A DNA stretch of 64,000 bases, from assembly GCA_047495785.1 (NCBI GenBank), contig JBLDXI010000030.1, positions 1,426,001-1,490,000 of the forward strand. The letters are read 5' to 3'. How positions within the stretch are numbered: the first letter of the stretch is position 1; each line of letters begins with the position of its first letter. Shown here piece by piece: positions 11,851 through 23,684 of this stretch. The position numbers were made by a program, and so were the translations under genes. The DNA is from Lepidodermella squamata (Eukaryota; Animalia; Gastrotricha). The notes beneath the pieces were generated by a model. That model had not been told where the DNA came from. It saw only the letters and a program-made list of their open reading frames with translations, and did no database searches.

Positions 11851-13061
11851 TCAACTTAGCATTAATTGAAACAAAACGCAGTCTATGACTAAAACCGTAA
11901 CGCCAATCACTAGGCCTGCCCCCAAGTCGATAGCTCGAATGTAGTTCATGTTCAAGACAGGAATGAGTTTCAGATACTTCGGATCATTCGCCTTGCCACA
12001 TGCGACAATAGTATGGAAAGTTAGCAATCCTCCAGCTCCAAACTTCAAAGCAACCATAAGAACGATGTAAACCAACTCGGAGGTCTCGGGAATCATGGCC
12101 GAAATCATGCCAAGGGTGACAGAATTCGCAAGGACAGCCGTTATATTCAAGGCAGACCTGGAAAAAATGGTAAATAATTGCAAAATAATTATGGATCAAC
12201 TCACCGATTCGCGTCGGCTGGGTCCATTATTAGAACAGCCAATTGAAGAAGGAACAAAATGTAGGTTGGTAGGAACAATGTAGGCAGGTAATAAAAGTAA
12301 TCACGCTGAAGGGTGACCTTATAGGAAAATCGAAACAACGATTCAGGGCCGATGTTATCCCACTCACTCGCCGATGTAATCAAAACGAACTTCCAAATGT
12401 CGGCGCGGGAGATGAAGGTGTTAGAAAGTATAACGTTAGCCAGTGAGATGTTAACATCGCTGCTTTTGTAGGTCGCTATGAAGCTCAACGCGCAGGAGAA
12501 TTGATCGAAAGGGAATTTTCGAAACGAAACATCCCTGCAGCTTGATTCAAAGTTACCATTTGCAGTAAGCACTGCTCTAAACGTTTGATTCCTGCTCGAG
12601 ATTTCAATCATCTCTGACTTGGTCGGCATAACATAAGGCTCGCCACTTGCAGAATTTTCGTGGTAGATGCGCGGGAACCAAACAGGCCGCACGTCTGGGA
12701 AATTTACCGGCAAATTGAAAGCAATGAGATCTTTAAGGCACGCCTCCTGTGATTGGTTGTATTGCAACCTCGAGCAATCAACAGGCTGCTCGCAGTTGTA
12801 GCGCCAGGACAACGACATACCTCCGACGACAATCATGCTTTTTTCTACGTCCTTGACGTCCACGAATCGGTAGAAACTGAACCTAGTTTCAACTGTAACA
12901 GGCTTCGGCTGCGGGCAGAGAAGTTTCGCGTCGACTGGCAGGTTTGGCGAGAGGATGTCGGGGTAGGTTTCGGTGAGATCATCCCAAATCTGAGAGATCG
13001 TAAGAGGCGGGCTGTCACTTGCAGATACAGTCACAACAGCCAGAATAACTAACAGATTCAT
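11851..13061 (-). CDS. Divergent Cys-loop (nAChR-like) ligand-gated ion channel subunit; exons 13061-12205, 12157-11851
   Basis: Signal peptide, WFPR (loop A), Cys-loop CRDVSFRKFPFDQFSC, M1 YYLPTLFLPTYILFFLQL-like segment, then a 47-bp GT-AG intron joining ANR|SALNITAVLANSVTL (M2), M3 and M4. Confidence 0.9.
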
Positions 13062-13656
13062 CGTTCAATCTGCGGCCGAAACAAATCATGATTGAAATCT
13101 GTATTGCAAAGCTTTTTTCCGCGATTCAAAGCTACCGGATATTAACGATTTTTGCAATAAATTTCTCCAGACTGGTAGGTGGGCTCTGTAGAAGTTTCCC
13201 GAATTCCCAAACGCGAAATCGGGCTCACGTTAAATAGGTTCAATTTGAAGTTTCTGTTAGACTTTAGACGAAGTGGGAAACTTGAACTAGAGACTATGTG
13301 GTATATCCGATTTCCCACCCAACTCTTGTAACAAGTTTTAAGACTCGATTTGAAAGTTCTGGAACTTCAATTCGTTGCTGGGAACACATGGTCCATTATC
13401 AAACGGAAATTAACGGAAATTACAAAGTAGAAGAAAAATTTAGCCAAAAGTTCTGCCTTTCTTTGAATCTGTTGAGCTTCGTTATTAGCCAACTTTTTAT
13501 GCCTATTCTTTGGATATTTCTGATGGATTCGTCGCATGGAAGGTAAAATATAACCCATAATTATCGGGAAAATGTCGGAAATATTATCATACTATTATCC
13601 TTTCATCAAAAAACGTTCGTATTTTTTATTTTTCTTCTTTTAATCGGGAATGAATT

Positions 13657-14880
13657 TTACGATAACATTAAAGCGAAGAGTATTACATCGACTATGAATA
13701 CGGAAATTCCAATAACAAGCGCCACTACGCAATCCAGGCCCCGGATGTAAGTCATATTCGTATCTGGGCAGCGCTGTTGAGCCCGTGGGAAAGTCGATAG
13801 GCCACACGCGACGATCGTGTACAAAGTCAACAAGCCGCCGATTCCAAACTTGACAGATACCAACACGACAATATAGACGACTTCTGAGGTCTGTGGTATC
13901 ATAGTGAACACCATGCCTAGGGTGACAGAATTCGCTAGAACAGCTGTGATATTGAAGGCAGACCTGGAAAATGAATTCCTAATTAAAATCGATACTCAAA
14001 TCCAATCATACCTGTCAGGATCTTTCGGGTCCATTATCAATACGACTAACTGAAGGAAAAACAGAGTGAACGTGGGGAGGAACAATGTTGGTATGTAGTA
14101 GACGGCATCTCGGTCCATAGTTATGATATAGTTGATTCGCTGATACAGGTCCCTGCCATTTGAAAACACTTCGATTCTTTGGTCAATCGATACCAAATTC
14201 CAAATATCAGCATCAGAAACAAAAGAATTGAGGGTGTAGTATGGTAGCAAGGTGATGTTAGACTTGGAAAAGGAACTGCTAGATACAAATCTGATGGTGC
14301 ATGTGAAAATGTCGAACGGGAATTTTCTGAATGAAACTGGGTCGCAGATTGACTCGAAGTTTCCGTTTGCGGTAACGGAGGCGGATAAAATTTTGTTTCT
14401 CTGTGTAACTTCAATAGTATCAGCCATATCTTTGATTACGTAAGGCTGGCCAGTAGCTGTGTTCTCGTGGTAGAGCTTCGGATACCAAATCGGCCGCTCA
14501 TCTGGGAAGCCAACAGGTGGACCATAGGCCAACTCGTCATTTTCGCAAACTTGTTTGGCGCTTGGTGATAGCAAGGAGCAATTGATAGGCTTCCCGCAGT
14601 TGTAGTTCCAGTTCAAGGCAAGGGTTCCGAAAACTGATAGACTCTTCTCGACACCGTTGATCCCAGCGAATCGAAAGAATAGGAACTTGGCAGTTATAGC
14701 GACAGGTTTCGGGTTCTCGCAACGAAGTTTAACATCGGTTGGCAGTTGCGTGGATACCAAGTCTGGATAGACCTGAGTCACTTCGTCCCATATTTGCGCA
14801 ATGGTGGGTAAATTCGAGATGTCTTGGCTGAAAATTTGGCAGATTAAGGCTGAGAAAATAACTGGGTATATTGAGATCAT
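13657..14880 (-). CDS. Divergent Cys-loop ligand-gated ion channel subunit; exons 14880-14012, 13963-13657
   Basis: ATG at 14880 (MISIYPVIFSALICQIFS), WYPK, CDPVSFRKFPFDIFTC, four TM segments; a 48-bp intron at the same position as in the neighbouring paralog. Confidence 0.9.
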
Positions 14881-15918
14881 TTTTTGAATGAATTTATCCG
14901 ACACTTTGCAAACAAATAATGGTTATGATCGGCAGTATGGCAACGGTTATTGGTTTCGACGCCGGAAGAGTAGAAGCTTCTCGAATGTCTCGAAAACTAG
15001 AGAAATCGATATTGAGATGAATCAGTTTGTGTGTTTTGACGGCTGTTTTATTGGCAGTTTTCGTATTTCGCAATGTTTCTATGTGTTTTGAAAAATTGAG
15101 CGTTTAAAACCTATGAAACAATTTACACGCCGTTTTTATTAGCTTGGTTTTTGGATCTTAAGAATGAAGGCCCCTTCAATTATAGCAGAATTGAATGAAT
15201 TGACAATTTCCTGAGAGCTTTTTTCTTTTATTTTTTCCAGTAGTATCTGTAAAATTTCAAAAATTGTCCACTGTGTCACATCCTGGATGAAGGTGTAAGA
15301 GAACAGCCCGCGTTTACCTGTAGTCATCCATGAGAAGAAAACTTCCAGCTCTCTATAGCTGCTGTGAACCTGTTGTGTTAAAACCATTTCCCGCCAGAAT
15401 CAAATGAAAGCAGCGGTTACCGAATTCACAACAAGGTCCAACGACAATGCCTGAAATCAACTTGGAACTTCAGGATCACTCAACTAGCGACTTTCTCCTT
15501 ATCATTCTTCAAAGAATCAGTCAACGGCGATCGATGCGAGCATTAGCTGACAGTTATTCCATTGATTTGTCGTCGATTATGATGTTAGTAAAATGCTTTG
15601 TTGCTTAGGTTTTAGGTCGTATCGTCAACTGATGCTCACAAGGATAAATCGGGAATTAAGGGATCAATAACTGGGAAGCCCTCACACGAGTTTCCTATAT
15701 TAGTACACTGTTTAGGAAACGCTGAGAATCTACTGACATTTAAACTAAATATAGACTCTTCCTGATGACCGACGACTTAAATTAGTGTAAACAAGTTTAT
15801 TAGCTGAGTTTAGTGTGATTAAATGTAATTGTCATGACAGAACTGCCACTTAAAAGCTCAAATGCAGCCAAGATGAACCACAATTGTTTAAATTCGTTGA
15901 AAACCATTCAAATTTTAC

Positions 15919-16413
15919 ATGCCGTCTGTAACTTATACTTTGATCAAATTCGCTTTGTTCTCCACAGCTGTGCATGCGCAGCGAGATTTGGTAAGACTAG
16001 TTTATTGTTTCTTAGGGAAAGAAAAACCAGAAACTCTCTCCAACACTCAATGATATATTTTTTCTTTAAGCGGCGGCCGGAAGTGTCGTTGAACTCCTCC
16101 CTCACTGTTCCATATGTAAGCATTCCTGCTTATCACAAGTATTTTACAACGTGTTTTTTTTCAAAAGGCTCTAGTCTCCTTGCATGTTACATCACCGTTT
16201 GGGGCGATATCTACTATTGCTAACGTGACACGAGTGCGAGATTGGATGGATGTGGCAGCGATTGGTGGTAAGTATTATGGCGCGCATTCGCGAAAACCGA
16301 CCTATGATGCCATGAGCCTGCTGTGTTCGGTCCTGATGGAATTGATGGGCATTGATGGGCTAATTGGAAAAGGCTTTAACCAAAATCGAACATATTCCTC
16401 GTTACTTAAATGA
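15919..16413 (+). CDS. Truncated paralog of the secreted ankyrin gene with no ankyrin repeats; exons 15919-15990, 16071-16115, 16168-16413; possibly a pseudogene
   Basis: Same three-exon, phase-0 layout as 17173-18221 with intact GT-AG sites; SPFGAISTIANVTRVRD aligns to SLFGAIAFANVTLVRE; upstream noncoding DNA is also duplicated; similarity ends before the first ANK repeat. Confidence 0.5.
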
Positions 16414-17172
16414 ACGGAAATCAGCGTTGTCATTCACCTTTCAATGTATCTTCTGTGAGCGGGCAATATATATGTGTAATTTCTATTTACTGTGTTTCAT
16501 GTCACACATTAATCTGACATGTTTACGAGCGCCACATGTACCTAAATTAATTGAAATAAAATGAGTCAGTCAGAAAAGTGTTAGTTAACTGCATTAACTA
16601 CACAAAACTAGTGCCTTCCGCCGGCCACGACAAAAAGCAGTTTTCGGGAAACGGCTGATCTCCTGGTAAAAATCACGAAGGGGACAGAAAGGTCGGGCAG
16701 AACACATTTTTCATGATGCCGAAGAGTCGCTTCAGAGATTAGCAGTGTTGATGAAAGCGAGCGGAAGGTAGCAGTGGCGGTACATCGCCAACATCGCGAC
16801 CGTCTTGCTCATTCAATGAATTAAAGCAAATTGAGCTTTCTGCTACTTAGCTGCTATAAACCTGCTGTGTTAATTCCTTTCGCTTCATGATCAATTCGGA
16901 GGAACTGAGAAACAACTGACATCTTAGCTATAAGTAGACTTCCTAAAGATCGATGGCTTCAACTTTTTGTAAATAAGTATAATAGCTTATGAAGCGACAG
17001 GAGGAAGCTGTAGGTTGAAAACAACCCACGTCAAGCATACAAAAAATTTGACATGGCAGTACTGCCACCAATGAGCTTAAATAGAGTCGTGGTTAACCAA
17101 ACGATCAGAATTGGAGAAATTCGCTGAAAAAGCATTTTAATTTTACGCTGTTTTCGATTCCATTTCTGAGCT

Positions 17173-18221
17173 ATGCAAGCAGTTTTGACCTTGTTTTTCG
17201 GATTCCTTTCAATTTCCGTCTATGCGCAATCTTGGGTAAGATTGATTACAATGTTTCTATGGGAAAAATCATCTGCCGATAATTAATGATATATTTTTTC
17301 TCAAAGTGGCCGGACATGTCGAGAAATCCCTTCCAAACTGTTCCATCTGTAAGCGTTTCACATTGGTATTAAATCATTTCAAAGAGGTAATTTCTTTCAA
17401 AGGGTCCAGCTACATTGTATAGATCGCTGTTTGGGGCGATAGCTTTTGCTAATGTGACACTAGTGCGAGAGTCAATTGGAAAGATAGATGCATCGACTGG
17501 TAATAAATATGACGCAAATTGGCGAGAACCGGCCTATGACTTACTCATGGCGGCATTTTGTCCAAGCCTGATCAGCAACTACACAGCATTGCATCGCGCT
17601 AGCAATTGCCGGGGTTCATCGAGCCAGCGGCTAGAAATTGCCCGCATCTTGCTTGACCGCGGGGCAGAAGTGGACAGCAAGGAGTCCAGTTTTGGTTACA
17701 CTGCTGCCCATCTGGCGGCGCTTAACAACCACGTTGAAGTCTTGAGGCTGCTGCTGGATCGCGGAGCCAATGTCAACAACAAACGAACTTCGGATATGAC
17801 ACCATTATATGAAGCGGCATTGATGGGCAACGTGGACGTCATTCGGCTGCTGCTCGACCGCGGAGCAGCAATCGACAGCAAAGAAAGCAGCGGCGGCAAT
17901 ACACCCTTAATGGGAGCGGCTATGCTAGGGCGACCAGAAGCCGTCCGGTTGTTGTTAGATCGTGGAGCAGCGATTGACACCAGAAACAACTATGGGATGA
18001 CAGCGTTATATAGGGCGGCTAACAGCCTTACTGATAATAGTGATGATCGAGCAGCAATCGTACGGCTTCTTCTTGATCGAGGCGCTAATGTGAACGCAGC
18101 CTCCAACGGCAATAGTACACCATTAGACTCAGCTGTCAGAGCCCGTAATATGAATGTTGTTGACCTGCTAAAAGCGCGGGGTGGTGTCTGCCGTGTGGAG
18201 ACTTTCTGCTATGGACCATGA
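17173..18221 (+). CDS. Ankyrin-repeat protein with N-terminal signal peptide; exons 17173-17235, 17307-17348, 17403-18221
   Basis: Five to six ANK repeats (TAAHLAA..N.VEVLRLLLDRGANVN, TPLYEAA.., TPLMGAA..). Two phase-0 GT-AG introns join MQAVLTLFFGFLSISVYAQSW and WPDMSRNPFQTVPS in frame. Confidence 0.85.
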
Positions 18222-18908
18222 AAAGTTGATTGGAAAGAAATCAGCAAAAGTAAATAACATCACCGCTTCTCAAAAAAAACAAATATAATAATGAATTATT
18301 CAAGCTTGATTTCGATAAATACAAATTGCGAAATTGCAAAACGTTGAAGATTTGAAAATGCTACAGGCTACACACTCAACGGGCGTTTCTCTCTCTTTAA
18401 GACTGCAAACCGATCAATCGAAATATGATTTAGCGGAACCAAATATGCCTGTTGTAAAACCAAAACTGATAAGTATTAGAACCTAGTTTTCAAATTTGAT
18501 AACGAAGAATAACTTTATCCAGGCTCCATTTCCTTATAAATTTCAGGCGGAGGATTGAATGGTGTTTACACAGATAGTTTCGATGTAATATTATTCAGTT
18601 TTTCTATTTTAGTGAATTCAAAATATTGGCAAAAATATTGAATCAAAACTTTGTTCTGCTGCCAAATCGGTTCATCAAAAGGCGATCTCCGTCCCATCGA
18701 AAGTGAAATCTTTAATTATTTATTCCAACCAGCTTTTTAACTCCTTAACGCATACGCAGAACTGAAAATCCCATAGCTAATTTCCTTTTCATAGTTTGCT
18801 AAAAAATGGTTGTTCTCAACTGGTGGACGAAAATAAAACTTTCATTCGGTCTCTCTTCTTCTGCTCTATAAATGGAGTATTGAGTTAGATCATTCTTGTA
18901 AACTAAAA

Positions 18909-20105
18909 TTAATTTATCATTCTTGTAAAATAAATCGCGTCACAAATGATAACAATCACTGACATAATTACAGCAACAGAAATATCAGCCAGGCGAATTT
19001 TCGACACTGCAACCAAATTCAGCAGTTTTCGAAACGGCTTGTTGTACTCTTCATAATGTTCTGAAACCGCAACCGTGACTAGCATGTAGATTGTCAGAAA
19101 CACCCCGCTGATGAACTTCACACAGACCATCGATATCAAATAGACACTCTCCGATGTTTTCGGAATCGCCCCGAAAACCATACTGAGAATCACAGCATCT
19201 GCCAGAACGACAGTAACGCCAAAACTCGGCCGATCAGCGTGGATTGGATGTAGGATCAACCCAGCCATTTGAAGGATGAATAGCCCAAAAGTCGGGATGA
19301 AGATGTAATTAATGAAATAGACATATTTCCGCCTGAATTTCATGTTGAATCTCACGGTATGGTAAAACAAACCATCGTAAGCCTTTTCCGGGGTCAGAGT
19401 GAAGTTCAGTGGAGTTAAGATTTGCCAAATGTCTGTATCACCAATGAAGACGTCCGCAGATTCCGAGAACATGTAAGTCACATCTTCGAAATAGATCACG
19501 TTAGTCGAATATTCCGATGATAAGACAAAATCGCAACTAAGCTGATCGAATGGGAATTTTTCAAACTCGAAAATACACGCAGATTCGAATAGGCCTGAAG
19601 TAAGCCACGTTGCGTTGCTCGAGCAAGGGAATACGTCGATGTAAGGCGTTGTTTCTTCAAACGGGCGAGATGATTCGACGAAATTTTCGTGGATCAACCT
19701 AGGATGCCAGATGTCGTAAACGTTCTTCTCGAGAAATACGAAATCAGGCTCAGCTTCGGGGATTATTTCTTCGCAAAGGCTTTCGTCGCATAGAATGTCC
19801 CAAGTGAAGGTCAACTCTATCATAACTGAAAGTCTGAAACGTCGAAAAATTAGGAAAATCAAGAAAATTACTGAAACTCACGTTTGTCTTAGGTCGTCAA
19901 TTCCTTTGAATCGATAGAGAACGGTTCGAATTTTCACCTTCAAAGGGTTACTGAAATTTGTCATCAGTTGCAGGTCTAACGGAAGGTCGTCCGAGAAAGC
20001 CGTGGGGCATTTTTCCTCGAAAATCAACTCAAACTCCTTTGTAGTGAAATTACAAACGATTGGGCTGACTAGGAAGCCCAAAATCGTTAGGAATTTACTA
20101 GCCAT
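18909..20105 (-). CDS. Divergent Cys-loop ligand-gated ion channel subunit; exons 20105-19882, 19833-18909
   Basis: Signal peptide MASKFLTILGFLVSPIVC, WHPR, canonical-length loop CIFEFEKFPFDQLSC, FRRKYVYF..M1, M2 DRPSFGVTVVLADAVIL, short M3-M4 loop; 48-bp intron. Confidence 0.9.
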
Positions 20106-20216
20106 TGTGTGAATAACAAAAAATTAAGCTCATCGCTATATTTTCGATCGATAAAATACAAAAAAAGCGAGTTGCTTAGTCGCGTTAGTGATTCTTTATT
20201 CAAAAAGTAAACAACA

Positions 20217-21525
20217 TCAGATCGTCATTTTTCTTATATAGACAGCGTCGCAAATGAAAGAAATCAACGTCATAGCAACACCTGTGACAATATCGGCGAA
20301 TCTCAGGGCTGAAATCGGGATTTTCCCACGGAAGTTGTACAACACCTTGACTTGGTCTTCGAAATGCTCGGCGAGTGTTACAGTGATCAGCATGTAAATT
20401 GTTATCACGACGCCTAAAATGAACTTTACAACAACCATTGAGACTAAATGCACGCTTTCGGATGTTTTTGGGATCAAACTGAAGACCATGGCGAGGTATA
20501 CAGAATCGGCCAGGACGACAGTTACACCGAACGCGGGTCTATCAGGGTGAATCGGTGGCATGATCAAACCAGCGATTTGCAGTAAGTACAACGAGAAAGT
20601 CGGGATAAAGATGTTGTAAGCGAAATAAACGTATTTCCTCTTGAAATTGAGGAAGAATTCAGCGTGGTGATAACCGAGTTGGTCATAGGCCAGTTCTGTC
20701 CAGATCGTGCTGTTCAGTGGTAGCTCTATGTCCCAAATATCACTTTGGTCGATGAACAAATCCGGGCTAGTCGCGAATAGGTAGTCAGATTTGGTGAAAT
20801 AGATCAAATCAGTCGATAATTCAGAGCTGATATCAATGCTACAGGACAGAGTGTCGAATGGGAATTTTTCGAACTTGAACATGCATGAGGAATCCACCAT
20901 GCCGTAGGTAACCCATTGAGCCTCGTTTCTGCATGGGTATAGATCGATGATTTGCGATGTTTCTTCGAAAGGCCGGGCTGATCTGTAGAAGTTTGAGTGC
21001 ATGATCCTCGGGTGCCAAACTTCGTCGACAGATTTTGAGATGACAATATCGCCGATGCTAGGTTCTGCTCTTATGATCTCAGCGCATATGTCCTGTGGGC
21101 AGAGCAGGCGCCAGAAGAAGGTTATTTCTACTACAACCGACAGCCTAAGGAAGTAAATTAGACTTCAGTCAACTTCAAGAAGAAAAAATCCAAGAAAAAT
21201 CCTAAATTACTCCTCAGACTCCTAAATTACTTTGCTCAGAGTTTTTAGTCAGAATAAATTTACATAACTTGAAGAATCTAATGTGGATTAATTACGTTTG
21301 CTGTAAGTCATCTATCCGGGCGAATCGGTTTAAGACGCTGCGAATCCGTATTTCGAGAGGCTTTGTGAAATTGTTCTCGAACTGCAAATCCAGAGGTACA
21401 TTCATGGATAAAGCTCTTGGGCACAGCTCGTAAAGTCGCTGTTGTAACTCAGAGCTCGTCATTTCCAGACAGTAGCTCATGGATGCTAGAAATTGAGCTA
21501 TTGCAAGGAAGCTCGTGGCTTTCAT
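20217..21525 (-). CDS. Divergent Cys-loop ligand-gated ion channel subunit; exons 21525-21296, 21144-20217
   Basis: Tandem paralog of 18909-20105 with the same intron position (QQT|LSV); CMFKFEKFPFDTLSC; four TM segments; 151-bp intron. Confidence 0.9.
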
Positions 21526-22007
21526 CTTGCTTCTGGTCTCTCATTCAAGCAAAGGTGCACACGTAGCATCGCAAAGTGCAACGGGTCGATTCCAATTGAT
21601 TTTATTAGCATTAGAGAAGGTAAGATGCATTGGATCGATACATTCTTAGATCTTGTTGATCTTCGTCATACATTTCTGTTCTGCTATTGTAATTTTTTAT
21701 TTTGTCCAGCTTAATGATGGGTAATAACAGGAAAGAGTAAATTTGCATTCACGGATTGTAGAAGCACTTCTAATCTCAATGCTCAGGTCAACGTGACAGA
21801 AATCGTGATTTCGCATGATTAATCTGTTTACAGCAGCTACCCCTCACCCCAGTTACGTCATACGCCTCAAATGCACGCGAGTTGTAGTAGTGAGCCACCC
21901 ACTCACGAGCATGAAACAAAGATAAAAGGCATCATCACACGCTCATCTCCAGTTCATTACAACAAAACCTTCTTCACACATACTTACACATCATAATAAA
22001 AGAAACA

Positions 22008-23287
22008 ATGCTTTCGAAATTGCTTCTCGTTAATTCCTTCATCGCACTCAGCAGCATCCTGGTCAATGCTCAGTACGACGAAAATGGCGGTTAGTTGTAA
22101 ACTCATCTTTCATCTATCATCATTCAACTCATTCATCAATAGACCGGATTTATTCCTGCCAAGCCACTGCCCCGGTCACGCCGGAATTCGCTGACCCGAA
22201 AGATTACCAATACGCATCGAGTCTCACGCAAATCTTCTCGTCCCATGTCATACCTTGCGATGGATATATCGTAGCGTGGCGTTTCGTCGCGAGGAATATC
22301 GCGATTAACCCAGGCGCTTACTTGGCCATCTTCAGACCAAGCTCGCCCGGCGGCACCTATTACACCCTGGTGAACGCAACCGCGCTACAAAGGGTTCGCA
22401 TCGATAACTACGACAACTATGTCGATAGGGACAATTACCGATTCATGTCGGAGATGCGGAAACCTAATGGCCAGCTACCTCAATTAGGCGTATTCCCGGC
22501 CTGGGTTGAGTTGAAGCTGGCCAGGGGTATGGAGGTTAAACAGGGTGACACAATTGGGCTGTACTACAACGCCAAGGACACCCCTGATTCGCTAGTTACA
22601 ATCCCATTCTGGAGGGGGCCCATTTTCAAGGGCCTATCCAGTGGAGCGCCTGGGTCAGTGCCTCCGACCTACGTGTTCTACAGGGACGCGACTGATTTGG
22701 CGACACAGGGTGTTAACTTCGATGCGTCCGTGACGTCGAAGGACTATCGTGATGTGGCTATAGTTGCGATTATTGGCGATAGGACCGGTTATACTACGAC
22801 TACCACCACGACTACCACAACTACTACAACAACTCCGAGTACTACTAGAACTTCGACTACTTCGACCACTCCGACTACCACAAGAGCCACGACTACTACT
22901 ACAACGACTAGACCCACTACAACAACGACTACTACTCCAACAACTACGACTATGGAGGACACCCCCGAGCCGGAGACTGACGAGCCTACAACTGAATCGA
23001 CTACTACAACAACTACAACCAGGCCGCCTAAAGTCACCACCACGACTACGACAACTACAACTACAACAACGCCTCCAACCACGACGAGAAGAACTACAAC
23101 ACCTGTAATGACATCACCAACAACTACGTTGAGAACGACTACTACGACTCGAGCTACGACTACAACGACAACTCAAAGGCCGACTACAACTACGACAATG
23201 TGGACTCCGTTTTTCACGGTACGGACTACGACAAAGCGCTCGACTACACCCCGGTGGACGACCATTGAATGGGATTATAGAGGCTAA
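22008..23287 (+). CDS. Secreted protein with an unassigned globular domain and Thr-rich mucin-like tail; exons 22008-22089, 22143-23287
   Basis: Signal peptide MLSKLLLVNSFIALSSILVNA, phase-1 intron (DENG|DRIYSC), domain with PCDGYI.AWRF, LAIFRP and EVKQGDTIGLY, then about 160 aa of poly-Thr. Confidence 0.88.
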
Positions 23288-23354
23288 TCTATTGGTGCTT
23301 AATAAATATTGAGTATATATGCTACGGAAGATCTTTGATAATATATATGTGTGA

Positions 23355-23655
23355 CATTGTGTTTGAGGTTGTAAGTTGAAAAAAATCCGCACGCTGATTG
23401 GTCTGTTGGCTTGTATCCATGACTCCGCCTTGCTACTTGATCGTGCGATCTATATAATTTGTGGCTTTTATTATTTTAATGAAGGCCGTATCGTAGCACG
23501 CGTTTCCAACAAATGCGTAAAACCATTCATAAAAAGATATTTTTTGCAAATATTTTATGGATCGCACGATCAAGTAGCAAGGCGGAGTCATGGATACGAG
23601 CCAACTGACCAATCAGCGTGCGGATTTTTTTCAACTTACAACCTCAAACACAATG
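23355..23655. mobile_element. MITE with about 95-bp near-perfect terminal inverted repeats
   Basis: CATTGTGTTTGAGGTTGTAAG...TGATCGTGCGATC (23355-23450) is mirrored at 23560-23655; flanks are only imperfectly duplicated (ATGTGT), so the superfamily is uncertain. Confidence 0.8.
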
Positions 23656-23684
23656 GATGTGTTTAGAATTTTATTAAAAAAAGA

